DNA from: an uncultured Actinomycetes bacterium
GTDB taxonomy: Bacteria; Actinomycetota; Thermoleophilia; Solirubrobacterales; 70-9
DNA length: 64,000 bases
Direction of reading: 5' to 3'
NCBI GenBank assembly: GCA_963829735.1
Contig: CAWHJT010000001.1
Location: forward strand, 69,108 to 133,107
In this document: piece after piece, positions 30,182 to 39,477 of the stretch
How the letters are laid out: the number at the start of each line of letters is the position of its first letter
Numbering within the stretch: position 1 is the stretch's first letter
Position numbers and translations under genes: made by a program
The notes under the pieces: model-generated
Databases searched by the model: none
What the model was told of the DNA's origin: nothing
What the model saw: only the letters and a program-made list of their open reading frames with translations

Positions 30182-30541
30182 TCAGGTGCTGGGCGCCGGG
30201 GGCGCGGCCATCACCTCGACCCGCCCGCCGCCCGGCATCACCGCGAAGCTGCGCGGCTCGCCCCACAGCTGGTCGGCGTCCTCGACCGTGAAGCCCGCCT
30301 CTCGCAGGCCGCTGACCGCGTCCTCGAAGTCAGCGGCGACAACCGCCGGATGCCCCAGCATCGGCGTGGTCGGCTCGGGCGTGTGGATCAGGTGGATTTG
30401 CGTCGGCCCGGATTCCAGCCAGGTCACGAACGGGGCGATCGGGTCCGGCGCCGCAATGCGCTGAAAGCCGAGCATGCCGAAGAACTCGATCGTTCGCTCG
30501 ACGTCGTCGGGCGCGACCTCCAGCGAGACGTGGTGCAGCAC
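30182..30541 (-). CDS. glyoxalase/VOC-family protein
   Basis: C-terminal 119 aa of ORF 30182..31003, from GTG: VLHHVSLEVAPDDVERTIEFFGMLGF... Confidence 0.7.
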   Translation of the reverse strand: MLHHVSLEVAPDDVERTIEFFGMLGFQRIAAPDPIAPFVTWLESGPTQIHLIHTPEPTTPMLGHPAVVAADFEDAVSGLREAGFTVEDADQLWGEPRSFAVMPGGGRVEVMAAPPAPST

Positions 30542-30549
30542 GTGCGACC

Positions 30550-31003
30550 TCAGCCTGCCGGCGGGCCGATACGGAAGATCGGGTGGTCGGGTGCGATACG
30601 GCGGAGCTCCTCGTCGGACGAGTCGGGCCCGACGCCGCCGAAGAAGGCGCCGACCTCCCACTTCCACCGCCGCAGGTACTCCCTCAGGATCGGCGGCTTC
30701 TCGTCGTCGCCGAGCTCGAGGGCCGTGAACTCCTCGGCGCGCCGACGGTGGAGGAGGCGCCCCTCGCCGCGCGCGCGAAGGTTGCGCACCCAGTGGGTGT
30801 GCCCTCGTGGTGCGACCAGGTATCGGGCCCCGTCGAGGGAGAGCGGGTTGACCGGGGTGCGGTGGGGCTCGCCGGTCTTCCGTCCCCTCAACCTCGAGCA
30901 CCCGCGACCCGGCTAGGGGCAGCCCGGCCCGGGTCAGCAGCGCGACGAGGGGATTGAAAACGTGGGCTGTGACCCAACCGGGGCGCTGGAAACTCTCGGC
31001 CAC
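30550..31003 (-). CDS. nitroreductase/DUF385-like (F420H2-dependent type) protein, frameshifted
   Basis: The N-terminus MAESFQRPGWVTAHVFNPLVALLTRAGL is in the 31003 frame. The body is in ORF 30550..30891 (GRKTGEPHRTPVNPLSLDGARYLVAPRGHTHWVRNL). One frame change lies near ~30890. Confidence 0.7.
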
Positions 31004-31085
31004 GCGCCCGATTGTGGCATCTCACACACCCCGGCCACACCCACCCGGTATGAGTTCGAGCGCCACCCAATCCAGGAGGTTCCCG

Positions 31086-31869
31086 ATGAGCATTCGCTTC
31101 GACGCCGATTCGCCGGTCGCGGTCGTGACGATCGACCGCCCCGACGTCGCCAACGCCGTCGACCGCCCGACCGCGGAGGCGCTGGCCGACGCGTTCCGGC
31201 GCTTCGACGCCGACGACTCCCTCGCCGTCGCCGTGCTCACCGGCGCCGGTCGAGAAGTTCTGCGCCGGCGCGGACCTGAAGGCGATGCGCGAGCCCGGAG
31301 CACCGCGCGCGAGCCGGGTGGAGCCGGACGGCGACGGGCCGGTCGGGCCTACGCGGATGCTCCTGACGAAGCCGGTGATCGCCGCCGTCGAGGGACACGC
31401 CGCGGCCGGCGGGCTGGAGCTCGCAGTCTGGTGCGACCTCCGGGTCGCGGCCGAGGATGCGGTGTTCGGCGTCTTCTGTCGCCGGTGGGGCATTCCGCTG
31501 ATGGACGGGGGAACGATTCGCCTCGCACGCCTGATCGGCCACAGCCGGGCGCTCGAGATGATCCTCACCGGCCGTGGGGTGAGCGGCCGGGAGGCGTTCG
31601 AGATGGGCCTGGCGAATCGGGTCGTGGCGCCCGGCAAAGCCCTCGAGGAGGCAATCGCGCTCGCCCGCGAGATCGCGGCGAAGCCGCAGGCCGCGCTCCG
31701 CAGCGACCGGCGCTCCTCATACGAGCAGTGGTCGATGACGCTCGACGAGGCGCTCGCGAACGAGTACCGCCACGGCATGGCGACCCTGGAGACGGGTGAG
31801 CTGTTCGGTGGGCTCGAGGCCTACGCATCAGGCGGCTGGCGCGACGCCGAGAGCGCGACGAGCGACTAG
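31086..31869 (+). CDS. enoyl-CoA hydratase/isomerase (crotonase) family, frameshifted
   Basis: MSIRFDADSPVAVVTIDRPDVANAVD is in the ORF 30954 frame and joins near ~31255 to ORF 31285..31869 (KPVIAAVEGHAAAGGLELAVWCDLRVA...). Confidence 0.85.
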
Positions 31870-31927
31870 AGAAACGGCGCGAGCGACGCGCCGGCGTGGC
31901 TCGCCCAATTGACGAGCGGCGTCGGGA

Positions 31928-33400
31928 TCACGCCGAAGAAGATCGTCGCCGCCGCGCACAGGACTCCCGGGCACGATGATCGCCGAGGCAGCGGGTGCCC
32001 TTCGGTGGGACGGCCGCGGCTCCGGCCCCCTCGTCAGCCTCCGGGGCGCCGCCCGCCATCGCGGGCGCCGTCTCCTCCGCCGGGCGCATCCACATGGCGG
32101 CGACTACGCGCAGGTAGTAGACGAGCGAGATCATCGCCCCGATCACGATCGCCACGCCCAGGTAGGTGTGCGAGGCGTCCACCGCCGCCTCGATCAGGTA
32201 GAGCTTGCCCATGAAGCCGGAGGTCAGGGGCAGCCCGGCGAGCGCGAGCATGGAGATCGTCATCGGCCACGCCAGCTCGGGCCGGTCGCGGCCGAGGCCC
32301 TGGACCGACTTGATGTCGTCGCCCCAGGGCGTCTCGCGCTCGCGGATCACGATCACCGCGAAAGCGGCCAGGTTCATCAGCGTGTATGCCGCCAGGTAGA
32401 AGACGAGCGCGTTGATGCCGAGCTCCGAGGCCGCCGCCACGCCGACCAGCATGTAGCCCGCCTGGGCCACGCCGGACCAGCCCATCAGCCGCTTCAGCGA
32501 GTCCTGGCCGATCGCGCCGATGTTCCCGACCGCGATCGAGATGATCGCCAGGACCGAGAGAGCGGGCTGCCAGTCGTCGACGATCGAGCCGAGCGGGACG
32601 TCGAACATGCGGACCAGGGCGACGAACGCCGCCGCCTTCGTCGCGACCGCCATGAACGCCGTGATCGGCGTGGGGGCGCCCTGGTACACGTCGGGCGTCC
32701 ACTGGTGGAAGGGCGCGATCGAGATCTTGAACGCGAGCCCGGTACCGATCAGCGCGACCCCCATGAGGACGAGGGAGTCGCTCGCGTTGCCGTTGGAGAT
32801 CACCTGGTCGATCTGGTTGAAGTCGGTCGATCCCGCCGCGCCGTAGATGAACGACAGCCCGTAGAGCAGCGTGGCGGACCCGAGCGAGCCGACGATCAGG
32901 TACTTGAGGCCCGACTCGAGCGAGCTCGAGCGGTGGATCGCCGACCCGCACAGCACGTAGAGCGGCACCGACAGCAGCTCGAGCGCGACGAAGAAGGCGA
33001 TCAGGTTCTGCGCCTGGGCGAGCAGCGTCATGCCGAGCACCGACGCCAGGAGCAGCGCCTGGAAGTCGCCGTGGCGAGGCTCTTCGCCGGGCGGAGCGGC
33101 GGCGGGGTCGCGCCACGACATCGGGATGCAGATCGCGGCCGCGAACATCGCGATCAGCGCGGCCGCAAGGCCCAGCTCGTCGAGTCGCAGCGCACCGGAG
33201 ACGAGGTCCTCGCGCGTGCCCCACTGCCAGATGGAGAGGCCGGCGGCGGCGGCGAGCGTCGTCAGCGACAGCGCCGAGACGACGAGCCGCTGGTGGCGGG
33301 AGCTGAGGACGCCGGCCATCAGGACGACGACGACCCCGGCGCTCAGCGCGAGCACGGGGGAGAGCCCGGCGTAGTCGATGTGCGGGGCGGTGAAGGTCAG
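31928..33400 (-). CDS. nuoN: NADH-quinone oxidoreductase subunit N
   Basis: ORF 31928..33355 (475 aa) is intact. The conserved N-terminus LTFTAPHIDYAGLSP lies upstream of the first ATG/GTG. It is in frame from a CTG that overlaps the nuoM TGA (CTGA). Confidence 0.85.
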   Translation of the reverse strand: MTFTAPHIDYAGLSPVLALSAGVVVVLMAGVLSSRHQRLVVSALSLTTLAAAAGLSIWQWGTREDLVSGALRLDELGLAAALIAMFAAAICIPMSWRDPAAAPPGEEPRHGDFQALLLASVLGMTLLAQAQNLIAFFVALELLSVPLYVLCGSAIHRSSSLESGLKYLIVGSLGSATLLYGLSFIYGAAGSTDFNQIDQVISNGNASDSLVLMGVALIGTGLAFKISIAPFHQWTPDVYQGAPTPITAFMAVATKAAAFVALVRMFDVPLGSIVDDWQPALSVLAIISIAVGNIGAIGQDSLKRLMGWSGVAQAGYMLVGVAAASELGINALVFYLAAYTLMNLAAFAVIVIRERETPWGDDIKSVQGLGRDRPELAWPMTISMLALAGLPLTSGFMGKLYLIEAAVDASHTYLGVAIVIGAMISLVYYLRVVAAMWMRPAEETAPAMAGGAPEADEGAGAAAVPPKGTRCLGDHRARESCARRRRSSSA

Positions 33401-34962
33401 TTCGAAACCTCGTTGATGGGCGCGTAGCCCGTCCAGCCCCGATGGTTGGCCGAAGCCGACAACGGCGGCGATCGCTCAACGGGAGTGCCCGGGCACCGAT
33501 CGTTGACCCGTGGCGCAGGTCTGGCGATCGTGCCTTCACCGACGTATCCGCACGCCCGAGGATCAGGCCCGGATAGAGCGCGAGCGCAACGATGCAGGCC
33601 ACGAGCGGCGCGAGCACCAGCGCGTCGCGCAGGCCGATCTCGCGCGAGTCGGCGTTCTCGGTCCGCCGGTTGTGCATCGTTCGCTGGAACAGGCGGATCG
33701 AGTAGTAGGCGGCGAGGGCGATGCCGATCGACGCCACGAAGGCGAAGACGATCTTCGACTGGAAGACGCCGATCAGGATGTAGAACTCGCCCATGAAGTT
33801 GGCGGTGCCCGGCATCGCCAGGTTGGCCAGGGTGATGATCAGGAACAGCGCGGCGAGCACAGGGGCGCGCATCGCGAGTCCCCCGAGCCGCGTGAGGTCC
33901 TCGCTCCCGGAGCGCTCCCACAGCAGCGCGACGATGAGGAAGATCGCTCCCACGACGAGGCCGTGGTTGACCATCTGCAGGACGGACCCGTCGGCCCCGT
34001 CGGGGCGCAGGGAGAAGATCCCGATCGTGATGAAGCCGAGCTGCGCGAGGGAGGAGTAGCCGGCGATCAGCCGCACGTTCGTCTGCGTGAACGCCATGAT
34101 CGAGCCGTAGATGATCCCGGCGACGCCGATCACCAGGATCACCTCCTGGAAGTGGATCGTCGCGTTGGGGTAGAGCGGCAGGACGACGCGCAGGAAGCCG
34201 TAGGCGCCGACCTTCGAGAGCACGCCGGAGAGCAGCGCCAGCACGGGCAGCGGCGCCGCGCGGTAGGCGTCGGGCATCCAGCCGTGGACGAGGAAGGCCG
34301 GCATCTTGATCAGGAAGGCGAGCGCGAAGAAGCAGAAGATCCAGTACTGGCTGCCGCTCGACAGCGTGTTGGCTTGCAGGTCGGCGAGCGAGAAGCTGAT
34401 GTGGCCGACGTCGCCCGAGGCAAGCACGGCGGTCGCGATCGCCGCTACGAGCATCAGCAGCGAGCCGACGAGCGTGTAGACGATCATCTTCGTCGTCGCG
34501 GCGATCCGGTTCTCGCCGCCGAAGGCCCCGATCAGGAACCAGAACGGCACCAGCATCAGGTCGAAGAAGAGGACGAACAGCAGCAGGTCCTGAGCGAGGA
34601 AGGCGCCGAGCGCGGCCGTCTCGGCGAGGCCGAGCATGAAGAAGTAGATCCGCCGCCGCTCGGGCATGCGGAAGATCGAGAAGGCCGTAGCGCCCGCCCA
34701 CATCAGCGCTGTGAGCAGGATCAGGAAGAGGCTGATCCCGTCGACGCCGAGCTGGTAGCGCACGCCGAGGGCGGGGATCCAGCTGTCGTTGACCGTCTGC
34801 TGGAGCCCGACGGTGTCGCTGTTGAAGCCGGCGACGACGGCGATGGAGAGCGCGAGCGTGCCGAGGGTCCCAAGCAGGGCGATCGAGGGGGACGGCCCGC
34901 CTCGGCACGACGAAGCAGACGAGCCCGGCCGCGAGGGGAAGCCAGAGGAGGATCTGGATCAC
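33397..34962 (-). CDS. nuoM: NADH-quinone oxidoreductase subunit M, frameshifted
   Basis: The start MIQILLWLPLAAGLVCFVVP is in ORF 33397..34962. The body is in the ORF 32034..34763 frame (...VRYQLGVDGISLFLILL...). The tail returns to the first frame (...GYAPINEVSN, TGA 33397). Frame changes lie near ~34890 (a C5 run) and ~33480. Confidence 0.85.
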   Translation of the reverse strand: MIQILLWLPLAAGLVCFVVPRRAVPLDRPAWDPRHARALHRRRRRLQQRHRRAPADGQRQLDPRPRRALPARRRRDQPLPDPAHSADVGGRYGLLDLPHARAAADLLLHARPRRDGRARRLPRSGPAAVRPLLRPDAGAVLVPDRGLRRREPDRRDDEDDRLHARRLAADARSGDRDRRACLGRRRPHQLLARRPASQHAVERQPVLDLLLLRARLPDQDAGLPRPRLDARRLPRGAAARAGAALRRALEGRRLRLPARRPAALPQRDDPLPGGDPGDRRRRDHLRLDHGVHADERAADRRLLLPRAARLHHDRDLLPAPRRGRRVRPADGQPRPRRGSDLPHRRAAVGALRERGPHAARGTRDARPCARRAVPDHHPGQPGDAGHRQLHGRVLHPDRRLPVEDRLRLRGVDRHRPRRLLLDPPVPANDAQPADRERRLARDRPARRAGARAARGLHRCARALSGPDPRACGYVGEGTIARPAPRVNDRCPGTPVERSPPLSASANHRGWTGYAPINEVSN

Positions 34963-35090
34963 GCGGCCGGCCCCCCCGAGCCACGGCGCCTGGCGCGTTT
35001 ATCAACCGTATAGGTGCAAAAAGCGCCAATCGCCGACGGGGCCGCCGGGGCGACCCCCCCGGGGTGCCGGCCGTTGTTGTTCGCAGCAGA

Positions 35091-37099
35091 TCAATGCGCC
35101 GCGATCAGGAAGTAGAGGCCCAGGGCGGCGAAGCCCCCGATCAGAGAGCAGCGCGTAGGCGCGGACGAAGCCGGATTGGGCGCCGCGGACGACCACGCCG
35201 ACACCCCGCACGAGGTCGACGGCGGAGGCCACGATGCCCTGGACGACGACCCGCTCGAAGACGTCGTTGCAGAAGCGGCCGACGGCAAGCAGTGGGCGGT
35301 AGATGACGGCGTCATAGAGCTCGTCGAAGTACCACTTGTTGAAGAGGAAGGTGTGGATCGCGCCGAAGCGCCGGATGAGGGCCGCCGACGTGCCCGGCTG
35401 CCGCACCCAGATGAACCAGGCGATGGCGATGCCGGTGATCGAGAGCGCGCCGCCGATGGCGAGTCCTCGCCAGTCGGCGAGCACGGAGGGCAGCGCGTCG
35501 TAGAGGTGCGACTGCAGGAACGCCCCTGCGAGGAAGTTCTTGACCACCTCGTCGAGGCCGGGGATCTCGACGAAGCCGCCGACGATCGAGAGGAAGCCCA
35601 GGACGGACATCGCCAGCCACATGGGCCAGTCCCGCTCGGCGATGTGGTGCTCGGCGCCCGGGAAGCCGACGTCGGTGTCCTCCTCCTCGCCGCTGAGCGG
35701 GTTCTCCGGCGGCGCGTGTGCCAGATGGCCCTGCTCCAGCTCGCGCGCCTCCGGCACCGGCGTCGCCCCAGAAGACGCGGAAGATGATCCGGAAGGCGTA
35801 GATGGCGGTGAGGAGCGCCGCCAGATAACCGACGACCGTGAAGATCACGTAGAAGCCGCCACGGTTCAGGGCGTAGGCGAGGATCTCGTCCTTCGAGAAG
35901 AAACCCGAGAAGCCCGGGAACGCGGCGAGCGCGAGGGCGCCGATGATCATCAGCTTCGACGTGATCGGGAGCGCCTTGCGTAAGCCGCCCATGCGGTCGA
36001 TGTCCTGAGTCCCGGCCATCGCTGAGATCACCGAGCCGGCCGCCATGAAGAGGAGCGCCTTGAAGAAAGCGTGCGTCATCAGCTGGAACATCCCCGCGGC
36101 GTAGGCGCCGATCGAGACCCCGACGACCATGTAGCCGATCTGGCTGATCGTCGAGTAGGCGATGATCCGCTTGAGGTCGGTGACGGCGAGGGCGCAGGTC
36201 GCCGCGAAGACCAGGGTCGCCAAGCCGATGAACGCCGAGATGTCGGCCGCAGTTGGCGCCTGCTCGAAGAGGACGTACATGCGCGCGATCAGGTAGACGC
36301 CCGCCGTGACCATCGTCGCCGCGTGGATCAGGGCCGAGACCGGCGTTGGGCCCTCCATCGCGTCCGGGAGCCAGGTGTGGAGCGGGAGCTGCGCGGACTT
36401 GGCGAACGCGCCAACCAGCAGCAGCAGGCAGATCGCGATGAGCACTCCCTGGTTGGTGGCGAAGTGCTGCGGCACCTCGTGGAAGACCGTGAGGTAGTCG
36501 AACGACCCGAGCTCGCGGAAGATGAAGAACGTCGCGAGGACCAGACCCACGTCCCCGATCACGTTGATGACGAAGGCCTTCATCCCGGCCTTGGTCGCGG
36601 TGTTCCGGCGGTACCAGAAGCTGATCAGCGCATACGAGGCGAACCCCACGAACGCCCAGCCGACGATCAGCAGGACGAAGTTGCCCGCGAGGACCAGCAG
36701 CAGCATCGAGAAGACGAAGAAGTTGAGGTAGGCGAAGTAGCGCGAGTAGCCCCGGTCGGAGTCGAGGTAGGCGACCGAGTAGAGGTGGATCAGTGTCGAG
36801 ACGCCGCTGACGACCAGGATCATGAACGCCGAGAGCGGGTCGACCAGGATCCCGAGCTTGATGTCGAGGCCCGCCGCCGAGGCGTAGTTCCACAGCGACG
36901 AGGTGATCTCGCGGTCGCTCTCGGTGTGGCCCAGCAGTGAGACGGTCGCGCCAATCGCGCAGACGAACGCGAGCCCGATCGCGATCGTCGCGATCCACCC
37001 GGCCGTGCGACCGCGCAGGACGCGCCAGCCGAACGCGTTGAGGAGGAACCCCGCCAGCGGGAACGCGAGGACGAGCCAGCCCCACGCGGTGGGGCTCAT
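35091..37099 (-). CDS. nuoL: NADH-quinone oxidoreductase subunit L, frameshifted
   Basis: ORF 35312..37099 supplies the N-terminal ~450 aa. It continues in ORF 35002..35757 ([24 protein letters not shown]...WYFDELYD), and the last residues ([17 protein letters not shown]) are in the ORF 35091 frame. Frame changes lie near ~35760 and ~35150. Confidence 0.85.
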
Positions 37100-37395
37100 C
37101 CCTTGAGGCTCCGCATGTCGTCCACGTTCAGCGGCAGGCGGCGGCGGAACATCGCCACGATCAGGCCGAGGCCGACCACCACCTCACACGCCGCGACCAC
37201 CATCACGATCAGCGCGAACACTTGGCCCTCGGCGTTGCCGTGTGCGCGGGAGAAGGCGACCAGCGCGAGGTTGCCCGCGTTCAGCATCAGCTCGAGGCAC
37301 AGCAGGATCACGAGCGGGCTGCGGCGGATCAGGACGCCGCCGGCGCCGATCGCGAACAGCACCGCCGAGAGCACGACGTACCAGGTGACGGTCAC
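37096..37395 (-). CDS. nuoK: NADH-quinone oxidoreductase subunit K
   Basis: Intact 99 aa with 3 TM segments. GTGA and ATGA overlaps with its neighbours. Confidence 0.9.
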   Translation of the reverse strand: MTVTWYVVLSAVLFAIGAGGVLIRRSPLVILLCLELMLNAGNLALVAFSRAHGNAEGQVFALIVMVVAACEVVVGLGLIVAMFRRRLPLNVDDMRSLKG

Positions 37396-37936
37396 GCCGG
37401 CGTCTCCCTCGCCCGGTCGGGCTCGTCACTCTTCCGCGACCGGGCGGCGAGCGTGACCGCGCCGACCGCGGCGACCAGCAGCAGCATGGACGCCGCCTCG
37501 AAGACCACCAGGAAGTGCTCGAGCAGCAGGTGCCCGATCTGGCTCGGGCGTACCGAACCCGCCCGGCAGCGTCGGCCCACCGCTGTCGATCGCAGAGAGG
37601 CCCGGTGCCGAGGATCGCGATCGCCAGCTCGACGAGCAACGCGGTGGCCAGCATCGGGGCGAGGAACCGCTGCCCGGGGATCGGCTCCCAGAGCGGCTCT
37701 TCGACGGCGCCGACATAGGCCGCGACGAACACGTAGAGCACCATCACCGCACCGGCGTAGACGACGATCTGGGCCGCGGCGATGAACTGGGCGTAGAGCA
37801 GCAGGAACAGCCCCGCCAGCGAGACGAGGTGGACGACCAGGGCGAGCACGCTGTAGAACGGGTTGCGCATCGCGATCACGGCGACGGCGCCGCCGACGGC
37901 GCCGATGGCGCCGGCGAAGAACGCGACATAGATCAC
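37392..37936 (-). CDS. nuoJ: NADH-quinone oxidoreductase subunit J, frameshifted
   Basis: [16 protein letters not shown]... is in the ORF 37184..38233 frame. It continues in ORF 37426..37716 ([16 protein letters not shown]) and then ORF 37392..37580 ([25 protein letters not shown]...). There are two frame changes. Confidence 0.8.
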
Positions 37937-38478
37937 TCGCCCTCCCGCCTCAGGGGCGTGCGCTCGACCGACTCCGCCAGCAGCATCTCCTTGGTGAAGA
38001 CGAGGTCCTCGCGGTTGTAGTCGGCCATCTCGTACTCGTGGCCCATCGTGATCGCGTCGAACGGGCAGGCCACCTCGCAGTAGCCGCAGAAGATGCAGCG
38101 GGCGAGGTTGATCTCGTAGATCTCCGCGTAGCGCTCGCCGGCGGAGACGCGGTCGTCGGGGTCGTTCTCGGCGGCGACGACGCGGATGCAGTCCGCCGGG
38201 CAGGCGGCGGCGCACAGCGAGCACCCGACGCACTTCTCGAGGCCCGTGTCCTCGAACTTGTGGAGCTTGTGGCGGCCGCGGAACCGGGGGTAGACCGGCG
38301 TCTTCTCCTCCGGGTACTGGATCGTGACCGGCCCCTCGATGATCCGCGCGAAGGTCGTCTTCAGGCCGCGAAGCGTCTCGCCGAACGCCCGGTAGGCGCC
38401 GCCGACGCCACCGGGCTCGGGCCCGCGCTGGACAGCGACGACGCTCTCGTCCTCGAGGTACGGGAACTCCTTGCTCAT
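37933..38478 (-). CDS. nuoI: NADH-quinone oxidoreductase subunit I
   Basis: Last 181 aa of ORF 37933..39936, from [10 protein letters not shown]. Two 4Fe-4S motifs are present: [12 protein letters not shown] and [12 protein letters not shown]. Confidence 0.9.
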   Translation of the reverse strand: MSKEFPYLEDESVVAVQRGPEPGGVGGAYRAFGETLRGLKTTFARIIEGPVTIQYPEEKTPVYPRFRGRHKLHKFEDTGLEKCVGCSLCAAACPADCIRVVAAENDPDDRVSAGERYAEIYEINLARCIFCGYCEVACPFDAITMGHEYEMADYNREDLVFTKEMLLAESVERTPLRREGE

Positions 38479-39477
38479 GTGATCGTCACCAGGATCGCCG
38501 TCACCAGCACGTTCAGGGTGGCGAGCGGCAGCAGCACCTTCCAGCCGAGCGACATCAGCTGGTCGTAGCGGACCCGGGGGAGGGTGGCGCGCACCCACAT
38601 GAACAGGAAGAGGAAGAGGAAGATCTTCACGATCACCCAGATCGGGTCGAGCCAGCCCGGGCCCGGGGCCGTGCCAGCCGCCGAGGAAGAAGGTCACCGC
38701 GACCGCCGAGATCACGAACATCTCGATGTACTCGGCCATCGCGTAGGAGCCGTAGCGCATGCCGCCGTACTCGGTCCCGTAGCCGGCGACGAGCTCGGCG
38801 TCGGCCTCCGGCAGGTCGAACGGCGCCCGGTTGGTCTCGGCGAACCCCGCGACCATGAAGATCAGGAACCCGACGAACTGCGGGATCACGTACCAGATCT
38901 GGTTCTGCGCCTCGACGATCGAGACGAGCGACAGCGAGCCGGCCATCATGATCGCGCCGAGCAGCGCCAGCCCCATCGAGATCTCGTAGGAGATCAGCTG
39001 CGCGGCGGCGCGCATCGCCCCCAGGAAGCTGTACTTGGAGCCGGAGGCCCAGCCGCCCAGCAGCAGGCCGTAGAACGCGATCGACCCGAAGGCGAAGAAG
39101 TAGAGGATGCCGATCGGAACGTCGATGCCGTAGAGGCCGAAGCCGTCCTGGACGTTTCCGAACGGGATGATCGCCAGCGTCGCGACCCCGGTGAAGACCA
39201 CGATCGCGGGGGCGATGTAGTAGAGGAGCGGGATGGCCGCGCGCGGGTGGTAGTGCTCCTTGCTGATCAGCTTGATGGCGTCGGCGAGCGGCTGGAGCAG
39301 CCCCATCGGCCCCACGCGGTTCGGCCCGTAGCGGGCCTGGAAGCGGCCCAGGAGCTTTCGCTCCAGCACGGTGAGCATCGGGACGATCGCGAAGATCACG
39401 GCGAAGATCACGATCGACTTGACGATCAGGATCCAGGTCGCCTCGACGAAGGTGGTGCTGGCGAGCAGCAGGCTCAC
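38475..39477 (-). CDS. nuoH: NADH-quinone oxidoreductase subunit H, frameshifted
   Basis: GTG 39477 (GTGA overlap with nuoG). [20 protein letters not shown]...[12 protein letters not shown] shifts near ~38655, in the run ggccccgggcccggg, to [34 protein letters not shown]...VTIT. There is an ATGA overlap with nuoI. Confidence 0.85.

Noticed and set aside
32034-34763. A 909-aa minus-strand ORF spanning nuoM and most of nuoN.
   Set aside because: After the NuoM body, the frame continues as Arg/Pro-rich nonsense antisense-free read-through, because stops are rare at this GC content. NuoN is the separate intact ORF 31928..33355 in another frame.
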